Source: Rhizophagus irregularis
Taxonomy: Eukaryota
NCBI RefSeq assembly: GCF_026210795.1
Contig: NC_089432.1
Coordinates: 4,588,001 to 4,652,000, forward strand
Direction: 5' to 3'
Length of the DNA stretch: 64,000 nucleotides
Position numbers and translations under genes: made by a program. Shown here one piece after another: positions 14,087 to 27,900 of this stretch (the stretch's first letter is position 1; every line of letters starts with the position of its first letter). The notes beneath the pieces were generated by a model. It was not told the origin of the DNA and searched no databases. It saw only the letters and a program-made list of their open reading frames with translations.

Positions 14087-15196
14087 TTACAAATTATAAA
14101 AATTAAAAGATTTTAATTTATTTTGTGCTTTCTTAAATCCTTGTTTGGCAGATTTTTTATACCAATAAATTGCTTTGCCAATATCCTTTATAATTCCAAA
14201 TTCATACATAATACCAAGCTTATATTGTGCCTCACTACTTCCTAAATTTGCTGACTTTTGATATAATTCAAATGCTTTTTGCTTATCAATTTTAGTTCCA
14301 ATGCCATAATTATAACAATGTCCTAACATTGTTATTCCACCTGAACATCCTTCTTCAGCTGATTGCCTAAACAATTCAATAGCTTTATTATAATTTTTTT
14401 CAACACTAATTCCATCTTTATAAAAAAGACCAAGATTATATATAGCCATTTTGTTCCCATTATTTGCAGCTTTTTCATAATAATGAAAAGCCTTTTTTGT
14501 ATCTTTTTTAATACCTATTCCATTTTCATAAAAATAACCAATTCTTAATTGTCCATGTGTAAAATTTTTATTAGCAAGTTTTTCTAAATAATCAAAAGCT
14601 AATTTTTCATTTTTTATAGTTCCATTTCCACATTGATAACATTCACCAGCAAAAGTTTGTGCTAAAAGATGATGTTTTTCTGATGCACTGATAAATAAAT
14701 TAAATGCTTTCTTATTATTTTTACTTGTTCCAATTCCAAAGCGTTTTAAATATCCAAGTAAAAAAATGGAATTTGAATTATTTTGATTATTTATTAACCA
14801 ATCATAAATTTCTTTTGAATTAGTATTATAATTATTAAAATGTTCAATAATTTTTTTTTTTAATAATTTAGATTCAATACCAATTCCTTCATTAAATGAT
14901 TTAAAAATTAAATCATTTATTTCATCAATTATTATGTCAAAACCTTTTTCAAATAAAAGTTTCTCTCGTTCATTTGATATTGTTATAGGATTAATTTCTT
15001 TTAAATTTATTTTGTTATAACATCGGATAAGTTGAGATGACTCTTCTTGTTGTGATTCTGAATTATCATTAAATTTTTTATTACTTAAGAATTGGACATT
15101 TTCTGTTATATCTGTTGTTGTAATGATTTTTTCTTCAATCAAATTATTCCATTCATTCGTATTTTCGGTATATTGCATTTTCTTATTATCAGGCAT
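14087..15196 (-). CDS. Sel1-like repeat protein, paralog 2
   Basis: ORF with SLR repeats; start placed at MPDNKK by homology with the other paralogs. Confidence 0.9.
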   Translation of the reverse strand: MPDNKKMQYTENTNEWNNLIEEKIITTTDITENVQFLSNKKFNDNSESQQEESSQLIRCYNKINLKEINPITISNEREKLLFEKGFDIIIDEINDLIFKSFNEGIGIESKLLKKKIIEHFNNYNTNSKEIYDWLINNQNNSNSIFLLGYLKRFGIGTSKNNKKAFNLFISASEKHHLLAQTFAGECYQCGNGTIKNEKLAFDYLEKLANKNFTHGQLRIGYFYENGIGIKKDTKKAFHYYEKAANNGNKMAIYNLGLFYKDGISVEKNYNKAIELFRQSAEEGCSGGITMLGHCYNYGIGTKIDKQKAFELYQKSANLGSSEAQYKLGIMYEFGIIKDIGKAIYWYKKSAKQGFKKAQNKLKSFNFYNL

Positions 15197-15589
15197 ATTG
15201 AAATATAATAATTGGCAAAAAGTTTTAAAATGATAGGAATGAAATATCAAAGTTGTAAAATTTGTACGGTAACGAAATCAAGCTCCTTTTAACCGAATAT
15301 TGTCGCACAGCGTTAATAGTATCACCAAACAAAAAAGCTGACAATCATTAGCCGCAGTACCGCAGTATAACTTGCCGCAGAAATGTCATATACACGTGAT
15401 TTGATACCGATCAATTCACACAACCGAATTAGGCCTAAATATTTTTTGGGTTTTTAGGTTGAACGCGAATAAAAGAAAAAAGGAGCATATTTAACTTTTT
15501 TTTTGTGCATTTCTTTTACGTATTTTTTTTTAACATGCCTTCTCAGCAAATTCAAAGTTCCAAAATAACTAAACAAAATCCAAGAACGA

Positions 15590-17465
15590 ATAAAATGACA
15601 AAACCAAGTACTTCAAAACTAGAACATTTGGCCCAAAACCTTTAGCTCCAAAACCTTTAACACAATTAGTTCTAAATCCTGTACCTATTCCTCCACAAAA
15701 CCAAATGTCCTCAGGCTTTAAAATGAGTTATAGAACGGATACTTTTACACTAAACTTTCAATATCCAGAAAATTAAAACAATGAAACTAACAAAGAATTT
15801 GAATATCCTTTACATAAAAATAGTGGAATTGATAATTCATTTCATGAAAAACTATATCAGTTGACATTTTGGACACGGAAACTTAAAGTTTTAATGAGAA
15901 AGATTCAACAGTTAGTTCAAAACCTTTAGCTCCAAAACCTTTAACACAATTAGTTCTAAATCCTGTACCTATTCCTCCACAAAACCAAATGTCCTCAGGC
16001 TTTAAAATGAGTTATAGAACGGATACTTTTACACTAAACTTTCAATATCCAGAAAATTAAAACAATGAAACTAACAAAGAATTTGAATATCCTTTACATA
16101 AAAATAGTGGAATTGATAATTCATTTCATGAAAAACTATATCAGTTGACATTTTGGACACGGAAACTTAAAGTTTTAATGAGAAAGATTCAACAGTTAGT
16201 TCATATTAACGTCATTATAGTGATGCATAATTAATTGCTTTTAGAATATTAAAGAAAATGAAAAAACGTATGATGGAAGAGAAAAAATGTTGAATCTCAA
16301 GTTGTAAAAAGATGGAGTGATGAAGAAATTGACATTTTATCGTCATATTTAGAAGACAATTACGAAAAACTTCAGCAAGGTAAAAATCCATTATGTACAA
16401 TTTAATTTCTACTGAAGTTATTAAGACAAAATCAAGCAAAAGTATTAAAGGCAGGATTAAACGTTTATTGGAACATATGAAAAAGTGAAAAAACAAAATG
16501 ATAAAATAGGTCTAAAAGAATTGGTATGACAAAATGAATAGAATTACAGGTATCATAAAGCATTAATCCTTCTTATATTTCAAATGTCTCTACAAGATAT
16601 ATCAGTGATAGTGATAAAGTAGAAAAAGGAAATTAAGTCAAAAGAGATACAAGAAAGTAAAAAAATTCTATCAAATCTTTGGTTAATGTTATGAATAATA
16701 TTATTCAAGCAAAGCTCAGAATATCTGAACAAAAACTTCATTAGATCGCGAGAAAATGAAATGGAACGTGAAAGAATGAATAAAGAGTTTTAATTGCAAG
16801 TAGAAAATTTTGAAGTTGAAAAGAAAAAATGGTAATTTGTAAAAGAGTAATCATTAAAAAAATAGAATTACAGTTATCACAATGTAATAACTAATTGTTG
16901 TAGACAATTTAATCATTTTATTGATAAATTTAATCAAGAAGTACAATAAAATTTAATTTTAGAGTAGATACCTTACAATAAATTGATAAATATTACTTAT
17001 TTTAACAAAGGAAGTTTTTGTAAAAGAAATATAATTTGAATAATAAAAATCATTATTTTCAATTTATAAATTTACAGTTATAATTTAATTTTATTCTTTT
17101 CAATCATAAAACTATATCTGATTAAAAGGTTGTGAACAATTTGCTCATTATCCAATTTCTCCCGCTCCTTTTCAAGCTTTCTTTATTATCATTTGTCTTT
17201 TTAATTATTGTTATTGTTTTCACAATCTATTCATATTTCATCGTGTGATTCTAAAAATAATAGAGCAAACTATCATATTTACAGCAGTTAAAATTTTAAC
17301 AGACATTTCTTTAATTCCGCCAAACTTGTTTTTTATCCTACCAAATGAATGTTCAGCAATAATTCTGCGTGATGAAAAAATACGATTAACTCTTTATTTG
17401 GTTTACTAAAAGGTTTAATAAAGAATGGTGTTAAAGGATAAGCGCTATCTCCAATTAAGACTTTC
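15590..17465. mobile_element. PIF/Harbinger transposon relic
   Basis: Minus strand ~17280-17460 encodes LIGDSAYPLTPFFIKPF...SSRRIIAEHSFGRIKNKF, a HARBI1/DDE_Tnp_4 C-terminal motif. A decayed convergent plus-strand ORF at ~15590-16860 may be the partner gene. Confidence 0.65.
15634..16203. repeat. Direct tandem duplication with a 284-bp period
   Basis: 15634-15917 is repeated essentially identically from 15918. Confidence 0.9.
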
Positions 17466-19414
17466 GTTAATGACTAGCTGTAACCTGTTACGTTACAATA
17501 GGATTAATAAATTTAAATCAATATAATAATTGAACTTTTGAGTTAATTATAAATAAATAAAAACAATAAAAAACGAATAATAAAAAAACAAACTGTTATG
17601 AGTTATTTTTGTTAGCATTAATAATTAATGATAATTAATAATAAAAAAAAAACAATATTAAAATAAGTATTTTTTCGGCTGGATGATTTAAGAAATCTTA
17701 TTAGTTATTTATTTAAACTAAAAAAAAATCAAACAAAATATATTTATTCAATAACACAACATTTATTCCGATTATATCTCAGCACTAACCGATCAAAACC
17801 TAAAAGGTAAAAGAATAGGAAAAAAGAAATATTAAAAAAAAATAGCCAAAAAAAAATTTTATTAAAAAAATCGAGAAAAAAGGTATTTATCATAGTACCA
17901 CAGCATCGATCTAATTGCTGCTGATGAAATATCTGCCAAATAAGATTACGAATATGCACAAATAGGTTAGAAATACTTCAAAAAAAAAAAATAAATAATT
18001 TATAATAAATTCTTTCTTATTATTAAAATCGTAAAATTTAAATCAATTAAATCAATTAAATTCTCTAAATTATTTTTTTTTATAGTTGTATACTAAGATA
18101 TAATAAATAAAAGTCTTACCAATTTTTATAATCATCCTCAACCTCAAGTATTGCAAGTATTTTTTATTATTATCAAGTTAACTGAATATTTATATTTTTT
18201 CTTATAAATTAAAATGTCGTTCTAGGATTTACAAAACTCATGATTCCGAAAATTTAATTGTTTAAAATAATTGATGCTTATTTGTTGACACTGTTTTTTT
18301 GAAATGATCTTATATACAAAAAAAGTACAATGAAGTAGAGGCCCTCTATTGCATAGTACCAATATTTTCCAAATACTCTGTGACGAAACACATGGTATTT
18401 TCGACGTAGATCCACGTAGGATATAGGGAGTATGGAATTCCACATATTTCTGGATAGTAAATGATTTTTTTCTGATGTAATAAAAAATTATTCGAATGCT
18501 TTTTTAAGGTTTAATTGAATGAATACTACCTAAATAATAATAAAGTGTTGAATCCAAATTAATCATCATTTGATTTTTTATTAAACAATTATATATTTCA
18601 ATTTAAATTTATATCATGATTATTGAAATAATTTAAAATAAATTTTTTTCTTGATTTAGAACCTTTTCCTTGATACTATTTTATGTTAAAATACTATTCT
18701 CTTATTTAACACTTTGATGGTTGTATCTTTATTTTTTATAACTAAAAAATTTTGTCTGCCGTTTAGAATAGTCTCCATATAAATAATTTAACATAAAAAC
18801 CCGTGCCATAGTATGAAAACCCGTAACATATTTGCGCCCGATCTATTCCTTATTTATTATTACACTAAATTACGTAATAATTTCTTTCATTCAAACTTAT
18901 TAAACCATATATTTTTATTTAAACCTATATTTACGATCAATCATTACATCTTAAAAAAAAAAAAAAATAATTATAATTCTAGAAATTCTTCTCTTAGATA
19001 TGACTTTTTTAGTAGACGGAAATAATAAATTGGATGGTTTCTTATAATTTTTCATGTTCATTATTCGCCACGTCGTTTATTTAAAATAAATTCAATTGAA
19101 AATAACTAAATTGACTTTTCATCAATCATGTTTTTATTGATTTTTTTAAATAATATTTAAAAATAATAACAAATTAATAATTTTGCTTATAAAATTATTT
19201 GAAAATTAATAAGGATTCATTAAGTATGACAATCAAATTTGTTACAGTAATATTTTTCTTTTTTTGGTTATGAGGCGTAAAATACTACGCCCTCAAGATT
19301 ACAAAATTTATGTGGGCACAACATGAAGTTTTGATCAACAATTTGCATTTTACTAATTTATCTCGGAGTAACGAACTTAAAATAATTATTTCTTTCTTTC
19401 TTATTGATTGCATT

Positions 19415-21818
19415 ATGTCCACTCTTCGATATGAGTTAATTAATGCAACACTTAATAGAGTAACAACATTAACAGATACTAATATTTACAATGATATACA
19501 CAAACAATTTGAATTTCAAAAACAAACAGTCCTTGCTGATAAAATTCTTACAAATGATGAAAAAACTGAAGCGATGAGAGATTTAACTAAAAATTATGAT
19601 CGAAATAAAATTTTGGATGATGATGGTACAAGAAGAATTTGTGAAAATTGTAACCAAGAATGCTTAGCTACATTATATTGTGAATATTGTGTCCGAAATT
19701 ATTTACAAGAAAATTTTCCAAATTGGACATCCGGGAATGATGATATTGATAATTTAATACAGGAATGTCAAATGGAATCACTTAATCCACAAACGATTGT
19801 TGAATGGATCCCATATAGTAATTTAGAAAATATTAAATATTTAACAAAAGGTGGATTCTCAGAAATTTATTCAGCAGGCTGGATTAATGGAAATTATGAA
19901 GAATGGGATTTTGAAAAAAAACAATTAAAAAGATTTGAAGATTGCAAAGTAATATTAAAAAAATTAGAAAATGTCAAAAGTGCAAATCAAAGTTGGTTTG
20001 AAGAGGTTTGTATTATTGTATTCTATATTTCATAAAATTGTGATTTTTGTATTAGCACTAGTATTTTTACAAATTATTGTCTTTTAGGCTAAATCACATT
20101 TAACTATAAGTAATAAATGGGCAGATGTTGTTCGATGTTATGGTTTAACACAAAATCCATCAAATGGAAATTATATGCTTGTAATGAATAAAATGGATAT
20201 AGATTTAAGAAAATATTTACAACAAAATCATAATCAACTTACATGGAAAAAGAGAATTAATATTACTTTTGAAATAATTCTCGCACTTTACTATATTCAT
20301 TTTGAGGAAGCAATTCATAGAGATTTACATTCTGGAAATATATTATATTCACAATTAAATGATTCCTGGTATATTAGTGATCTTGGATTTTGTGGACCTG
20401 CTGATAAATCTTCAACAAGTATATATGGAAATCTTTCTTACATAGCACCCGAAGTTATTATTGGAAGAAAATATACTTTTGCATCTGATATTTATAGTAT
20501 TGCAATGCTTATGTGGGAAATTTCATTTGGACAACCACCATTTATGGATTATGAAGATGAACATATTCTTGTATATAATATTATTGATGGTATAAGACCA
20601 AAAATTGTACCAGGAACTCCATTAGAATATAAAAATTTAATGAAAGAATGTTGGGATGCTGATCCATTAAAAAGACCTGACATTTGTGCACTTGAGGATA
20701 GAATGTTAAGAATTAATTTAGATTATCAAAATATGTCAGATGAATTATTCAAATCAGAAATAGATAATTTAGAAATGAATAAAGTAGAAGAAAATTATAC
20801 GAGTAGCAGATTATTTACAAGTAAAATTCACAACTTTGGAAATCTACCTGAACCAAGAAATGCAACAGAAGGTATAAGTGTATAATATTTTATTAATGGA
20901 TGTATTTATTTTAAAATACATTATTAATGTTATCTTTTTATTATAATAATAGAAGAACAAGAAGGTATAAACGTATATAGAATTTTTGGTTACTATAATT
21001 ATATAGTTTTAAATACTTTATTTTACTGTTAATAGTGTTTCATAGTAAATTGTATGATTTTAACATTCCTAACAAAAGTAAGTATTTAATAACATTATAG
21101 CGTCGAATTATCATGTAATGATGTCTACTGATAATTAATTTTTATTTTAGTTAACGACTTTAATAAATCAAATGAGCAGTATAGTAAGAAATTATCAAGT
21201 ATAATTAATAAATGTTTTTAAAGGTGATTTGTTTGAAATAATAGATTAAAGATTAAAATCTATTTCTATGTTCTTAATTTTAGGTGATAGTGAAAAATTA
21301 CCCAAAGAATTTATAAATTTGCAAAATTCAAATAGTAAGTAAATAAGTAATATTCATCGTTTCAGTTTCATTTATTATATAACATGACTTTTATTTTAAA
21401 AATAATACGACGAAAAAGAAATTATTCAACAACAAATGTAAAGGAAAGATATTGATATTGATGGTAAGCAAAAAAAAGTAAAAATTATTTTGTCAATATA
21501 TTTATTTAATGTATAAACTTTAATTTAAAAATTTAGATGATGAAAAAGAAATAATTCAACAAAAAACTAAAAGGCAAAATATTGGTGATATTGATGGTAT
21601 GCGAATTTTTAATTTAATTTAATTTTTATATTATTTTTTAATTTAATTATTCATTTCTTACAGATGAAGATGAAGTATATAATAATCCAAACTTTCATTC
21701 AAAAGAACAAGATGAACTGGAAATTCCTGATGGTAAGTTCTTGAATAAATAAGATTTCTTTATAAAGCAAATAATTAATTTATAATTTGTCATTTTTTTA
21801 ACTTTAGATGGATTTTGA
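19415..21818 (+). CDS. Multi-exon protein kinase (Glomeromycotina-type expanded family), copy 1
   Basis: Exon 19415-20005 (CxxC motifs, WTSGN, KGGFS); exon 20088-20871 (HRDLHSGN, DLG, APE, DIYS); then several short acidic 3' exons, including a 12-nt one at 20953-20964. Probable premature TAA at 21439-21441 in the tail. Confidence 0.85.
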
Positions 21819-23833
21819 ATAATCATTTAACAATTTTATTTTTTATATTTTAAATTATTATCATTTATTTATTTATTTTTTTATCTTGGATTATTTAAAC
21901 ACTAATAAGACTAGAGTAGTAAATGTTTTACAAAATTCTTAGTTTGTAATTTAAATAATTTTAATAAATTTATTCAAATATTAAATGTATTTACTACCGT
22001 ATATTGATCGTAAATTTATGTCATAAACTGATAAACGTTATAAAATCATGACAGATTATTCCATTCGTTATACGTGAATTTATTAAACAAGTTGAAAGAA
22101 TAATCTTGTTAGGACTAAAAAAATTCTCAGTTAATTTATATATATATTGTAAATAATAACTAGGGATACTTTAATGAATTAAACAGGTTGCCATATCATT
22201 AAACACATCGCAGCCATTTGGTGATGAAGCTATAATTGTCTAATAACTAATATCCATACTATTACTAGTCCTAAACTAAAAATAGATAACATCCAAGGCA
22301 CTAATCCTAAGTAACCAAATTGACTTAGTAGTAATCATAGCCCGACCCTGTAGAATTTAAATTATAATACACCTCACACTATATCAACCATTATTTACCA
22401 AGGACAACAAACATAATGAAACTACAACAAAAGGGAACTTGCAATCCACTAAATCCAGCCAATATTTTTTATTTTTATTTTTACTTTTTATTACTAGGCA
22501 GGAATGTAGAAGCAATATAATTAATATAATTTCTAAGAAAATACATAAACTTCTACACTGTACAATGTGTAAACGAAGAAACAACTAGTACATATACGAA
22601 TGAATTAGATCAAAGTAAACTAGTAATGATTAATCTCTTCATGTAGCGCTACCGCCTGACTTGTTTGCTACCCCACGTGCACTTGCCCAAAACATTCACG
22701 TTATCGTAGAGAAATCCGTTGCTGGTAAGTGAGTCATAATTAGTCAATGTGAGTGAACGCTGATTTTTCTTCTACGATAATATCAAATATTCTGCTTTCT
22801 CATTTCTAACCAGTAATATTAAATTCTTATGTAGGTAATTTTCTTGATGTAGCTTCTCTGCAGAAAGGAATCGAGGATCTTGAAAAAAAAAAAAATTAGG
22901 AAGCAATATCAATATAGAATAAAAGGAAAAAAATAGCCGAAAAAGAAATAATATCGATAAGAAAAAACCAATATTTTATTCTTAGACATAAAATATCCAT
23001 CGGGAACGTACACATGACCCAACAGGCCAACCAAATTATTTTAACTATAATAAACATGGAATAGATCGGCGCCAGACATACAGTACGCATTTCCATGTTA
23101 CATAATTTAAATTATTTATACAGAGAGTAAACTAAATATTACCAAATTTTTTAATTATATAGATTACTCTACTTATAACGTAAATTAAATTCTAGATCCC
23201 GAATTTCCAGTTTCAGCTTCCAGTTAAATTCATTTCAATTCTTGCGGAACCATAGGTATTTTATCATTACTTTTTTTTAAAGACTACAGAATGGGGTTTC
23301 ATCATTTAATAATTATTCATTAATTCATTTGCCAATAATAATTAATAATGTCAATAAATCCTCCGCTGCTGATATTTAATTTTATGTGAAATTAAATAAA
23401 ACAATGAGTATTACTTTAGCGGGTTAGTTTGACCAACAGGAAATGTTTTAGACGTGACCTGCGACGGAGGAATTTCTTATGAAAAATTACGTGAACTTGT
23501 GTAAACTTACATAGAATTACGTCCAACGAATATTACATCTAAGATAGTTTCCGGATGATATTTCTTTCCCATAAAGCTTTAAGCAATTTTTTTAAAAAGG
23601 ATCGCATTAATATTTATCTTTCATAATCATTTCTTTCACACATGCAATTATTCCATATGGTAGTATTGAAAAATAAGTACCAATTATTTTTTAAAAAAAA
23701 AAAAATTTCAAATCTTCATAAAATACTTGCTATAATAATATTGATTGTTAAATTTAATAAGACCTTTATTTATTATATTTCAGAGTATACAATTTAATAA
23801 AGATAGAATTTAATATATTTAATATAAATTACA

Positions 23834-24934
23834 TTATTTTTTAAGTTTTTTCAATTTATTTTTTGCTTCCTGATAACCTTGTTTGGCAGATTTTTCATAC
23901 CAATAAATTGCTTTGTCTATATCTTTTGTAATTCCATCTCCATGTTCATACATATTACCAAGATTAAATTGTGATGTAATACTTCCTAAATTTGCTGATT
24001 GTTGATATAACTCAAATGCTTTTAGCTTATCTTCTTCAGTTCCAATACCGTTATCATAACAATAACCTAATGAAGTCATTCCACTTGCATATCCTTCTAT
24101 AGCTGATTGATTAAATAATTTAAAAGCTTTATTATAATCTTTTTTAACACCTTTTTTTCCATACTTATAGCAATTACCAAGATAATGCATAGCTATTACA
24201 TTTCCATTATTTGAAGCTTTTTCATACCAATAAAAGGCCTTTTTTATATCTTTTTTAATACCTATTCCATTTTCATAAAAATAACCAATTCTTAATTGTG
24301 CATATGCAAAATTTTCATAAGCAAATTTTTCTAAATAATCAAAAGCTAATTTTTCATTTTTTATAGTACCATAACCAAATTGATAACATTCACCAACATA
24401 AGATTGTGCTAACATATGATTTTTTTTTAATGCATCAATAAATAAATTAAATGCTTTCTCATTATTTTCTTTTGTTTCAATTCCAAAATAATTAAAATAT
24501 CCAAGTAAAAAAATGGAATTTGAATTATTTTGATTATTTAATAACCAATTATAAATTTCTTTTGAATTAGTATTATAATTATTAAAATGGTCAATAATTT
24601 GTTTTTTTAATAATTTAACATCAATTCCTTTATTAAATGATTTAAAAATTAAATCATTTATTTCATCAACTATTATATCAAAACCTTTTTCAAATGAAAT
24701 TTTTTCTCGTTCATTTGATATTGTTATAGGATTAATTTCTTTTAAATTTATTTTGTTAAAATATTGATGATTAAGTTGAAATAATTCACCTTGTGATTCT
24801 GAATTATTATCAAATTTTTTATTGCTTAAATATTGAGTATTTACTGATATATTTGTTATTGTAATGATCATTTCTTCAATCCTATTATTACATTCATTCG
24901 TATTGGTATCTTGCATTTTCTTATTATCAGACAT
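23834..24934 (-). CDS. Sel1-like repeat protein, paralog 3
   Basis: ORF with SLR repeats; start at MSDNKK by homology; downstream flank is homologous to the flank of paralog 1. Confidence 0.9.
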   Translation of the reverse strand: MSDNKKMQDTNTNECNNRIEEMIITITNISVNTQYLSNKKFDNNSESQGELFQLNHQYFNKINLKEINPITISNEREKISFEKGFDIIVDEINDLIFKSFNKGIDVKLLKKQIIDHFNNYNTNSKEIYNWLLNNQNNSNSIFLLGYFNYFGIETKENNEKAFNLFIDALKKNHMLAQSYVGECYQFGYGTIKNEKLAFDYLEKFAYENFAYAQLRIGYFYENGIGIKKDIKKAFYWYEKASNNGNVIAMHYLGNCYKYGKKGVKKDYNKAFKLFNQSAIEGYASGMTSLGYCYDNGIGTEEDKLKAFELYQQSANLGSITSQFNLGNMYEHGDGITKDIDKAIYWYEKSAKQGYQEAKNKLKKLKK

Positions 24935-27900
24935 ATTGAAATATAAATAATTGGCAAAAAGTTTCAAAATGATAGGATGACGGTAACAAAAGTAACTCCT
25001 TTTTAAGTAATTTATGCGTATTATTCTCCGAATATTGTCGCACAGCGCCATTAGCGGTCAATCATTAGCCGCAGTACCACAATTGCCATAGAAAAATGAG
25101 ATGTTTGCGTGATTTTATGCCGATCATTTCTAAAAATGTTAAGTCAAATAAGTTAAATAAGTTAATTATATCAATATTGCGTAACTCTCCATTTACGTCG
25201 ATTAATAAAAGTATTAAATTTTTGTCTTGTTGATAGATAATTCTTTTTGGGTAATGCAAATATTTGTAATTTTTATAAACTTGATAGATGATATTATTAA
25301 ATTTAAACTTTTCAATTTTTTTTTTTAAGAATTTTATCTAATTTTAAAATTTTAATTGTTTCCACTAATAAAATTGGTTATATTACTTATTTTATAAAAA
25401 TAAATTTTCATTTATAAAAAAAGAATCCATGGATAAAATTCACCAAATAATAGCGAACAATTGTGCAAATTATTATGAATAAAATAAAATTATCCAGATA
25501 TGGTATTGTAAAAAAATTGGTGAACAATACTTTTCTTCTAATAATAGAAATAAATATCTTAAGATCGATCAATTTAAAACTTAAGAAATAAAACTGAGAA
25601 AAATTTTATTAGCAATACAACGACTTAAATAAGTCTTATACTATTCACATGTAATAGTAATTTTTAAATTGTTTACAAAAGTTCTTTTGTAAATGGTTGT
25701 TTAAGACCCACATTTACTAAAATTAATCATCCAAATATATTATTTTTTTCTTTATAGTACTCGACTCTGTATCTTCACCATTTTCATGTTTAAAAAAATA
25801 AATGATCTTATTCTCATCCTTATGATAAGCAAAGGATATTGCATTATCTAAGGGCATAAGGGATGAATACATTGACGCAAAAATATAACTTTAGTTATTG
25901 ATAAATTCGCCTTAACCAAAAAAAGAAATAAATATCTTTTTTTCTAAAAAAAAAAAATTCGATATGTATATATTTTCTCATATATGCATTAAATTAGAAT
26001 AAAAATACTTTAAAAAGAGATAAATCAATAATATTTTAATTAAAAACCTTTTTAAGTAAACAAAATAATTTTAATAGTGAATAGTGTGAATTAAAATCAA
26101 TATTTGATAAATAATTAATTTATTAAAAGCTTTTATAAATCAACACTTTAACACTCAGTCATATTTTCATTAAAAAAAAAAATACATATTTACTTGCAAT
26201 TTTTTTTTTAATAAATACAAAAAATAAATTTTTATAAAATAAATAATTTTTAATCATTAGCACATTTCATTTTCTTCTCATGCAATGGGAATCCTATTCC
26301 AACATCATTTTTTTTAATATATATATAATAACTTTTACAATGTTAAAAGATTATACTATTATAATTCTGGAAAGAAATACAGTTATATAATAAAAAAAAA
26401 AGAAATAATTTTTTTTTTAATATATATATCATATATTAAAATTTATTATATTATTTAGAAGGGAACCTTTTCATGGCGATATTAAGCGTTTTTGAAAAAA
26501 AAATTCATACTTTTATATTATAAAAAAGTTAATTACTAATCCCACATATATAAGGAATAGGTTATGCACCTTCCCTTATAGTAGTTAAAATTTTATAATA
26601 TTAATATTTATATATAAATATATTAGCAATATATTGTTTATTTCAAAGTTAAATATTTTATAAAGTTAATGGAAAAGAAAACTATTCTTCCTACAGCAAG
26701 TAATATTTTATAATAGTAATTAAAAAATTAGTCCATGTGGAACAGTTCATATTAGTAATTAAAAAATTATTTATATAAATAATTTTTATACATATAAAAA
26801 ATAAGCCTAAAGGAGAAATCAGTTATGTATACTTATACATAAAATAATTGAAAAAAGCTTGTATTTTTGTATAAACTATTAACTATTTAATTAGTATTTT
26901 TTATTTATTTTGAATATACATAAAATATTCAATTATATATTTTCCTATAGTAGTTGTAAAATACACTGACAAACATTTTTAATATCATATACTGTATACA
27001 TTTTAATAAAATAATTCAACAGTTAACATCTGTCCGGTAATTACGATATATTAATTTATTTATAATTCTACTATTGTGATTTATTTAAAAAATTAAGACA
27101 GAATACATTTAACATTAACATCTAAAGTAACAAAAAGGCAACACTAGAAACTATATTCAAAGTTACTGGCTAAAAAAAAAATAATAATAATTATTGTGCA
27201 AATACAATATTAGTAAAGTTATATAATTTTATGATATCAAAAGTCAATGGTATATCTGACGATAACTATTGGATAATTATATATTTTGTAATATAAACAA
27301 CCTACAAGTTTACTCTATTTACTTATCGTAAATAATTTTCTCCAATGTTTTTTTCCGTAGATTTTATTTATATTATAATATGTAATAAAAGTAAAGTATA
27401 GATAAATTATATATAGAATTTTGTTTTTTACAAAAAACTTTCATTACATAGTAGCATAACTAAAAACTATTCCAGTATAATTTCATTATCTATTACTTAT
27501 TCTAAAATTTTTTTGACACATTATTTTTAGTCAGTACTGTAAAATCACAAATCCATTGCATTTATTTTGATACTATGACGAACTTAACCTATCACATGAT
27601 TAAATCATTGTTTACCAAAATATTAAAAGACAATACTTTCATTCCCACCATTACCAGTGATTCGCGCAGTAGGCGCAGCGTACATTACTTTTCTTTACCA
27701 CAAAACCTGAAATATAGTCTTCCTATCCTCAAAAATTGATCATTGAAAAAAAATAAAAATCCACAGTATAATGTAATCATATTTGATGATATTACAACCA
27801 ACTTTATTAGAGCAATAGAGCAATAATAATGAGATACTTAGATAAGCAAATAGTTAAAACTAAATGATTGTTTTACTTAAATCATGAATAATAAAGTTAA

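Noticed and set aside
19310..19414. N-terminal extensions given by the ORF track for the kinase and Sel1 paralogs 2 and 3
   Set aside because: Not conserved as open frames between paralogs; the downstream ATGs align across copies.
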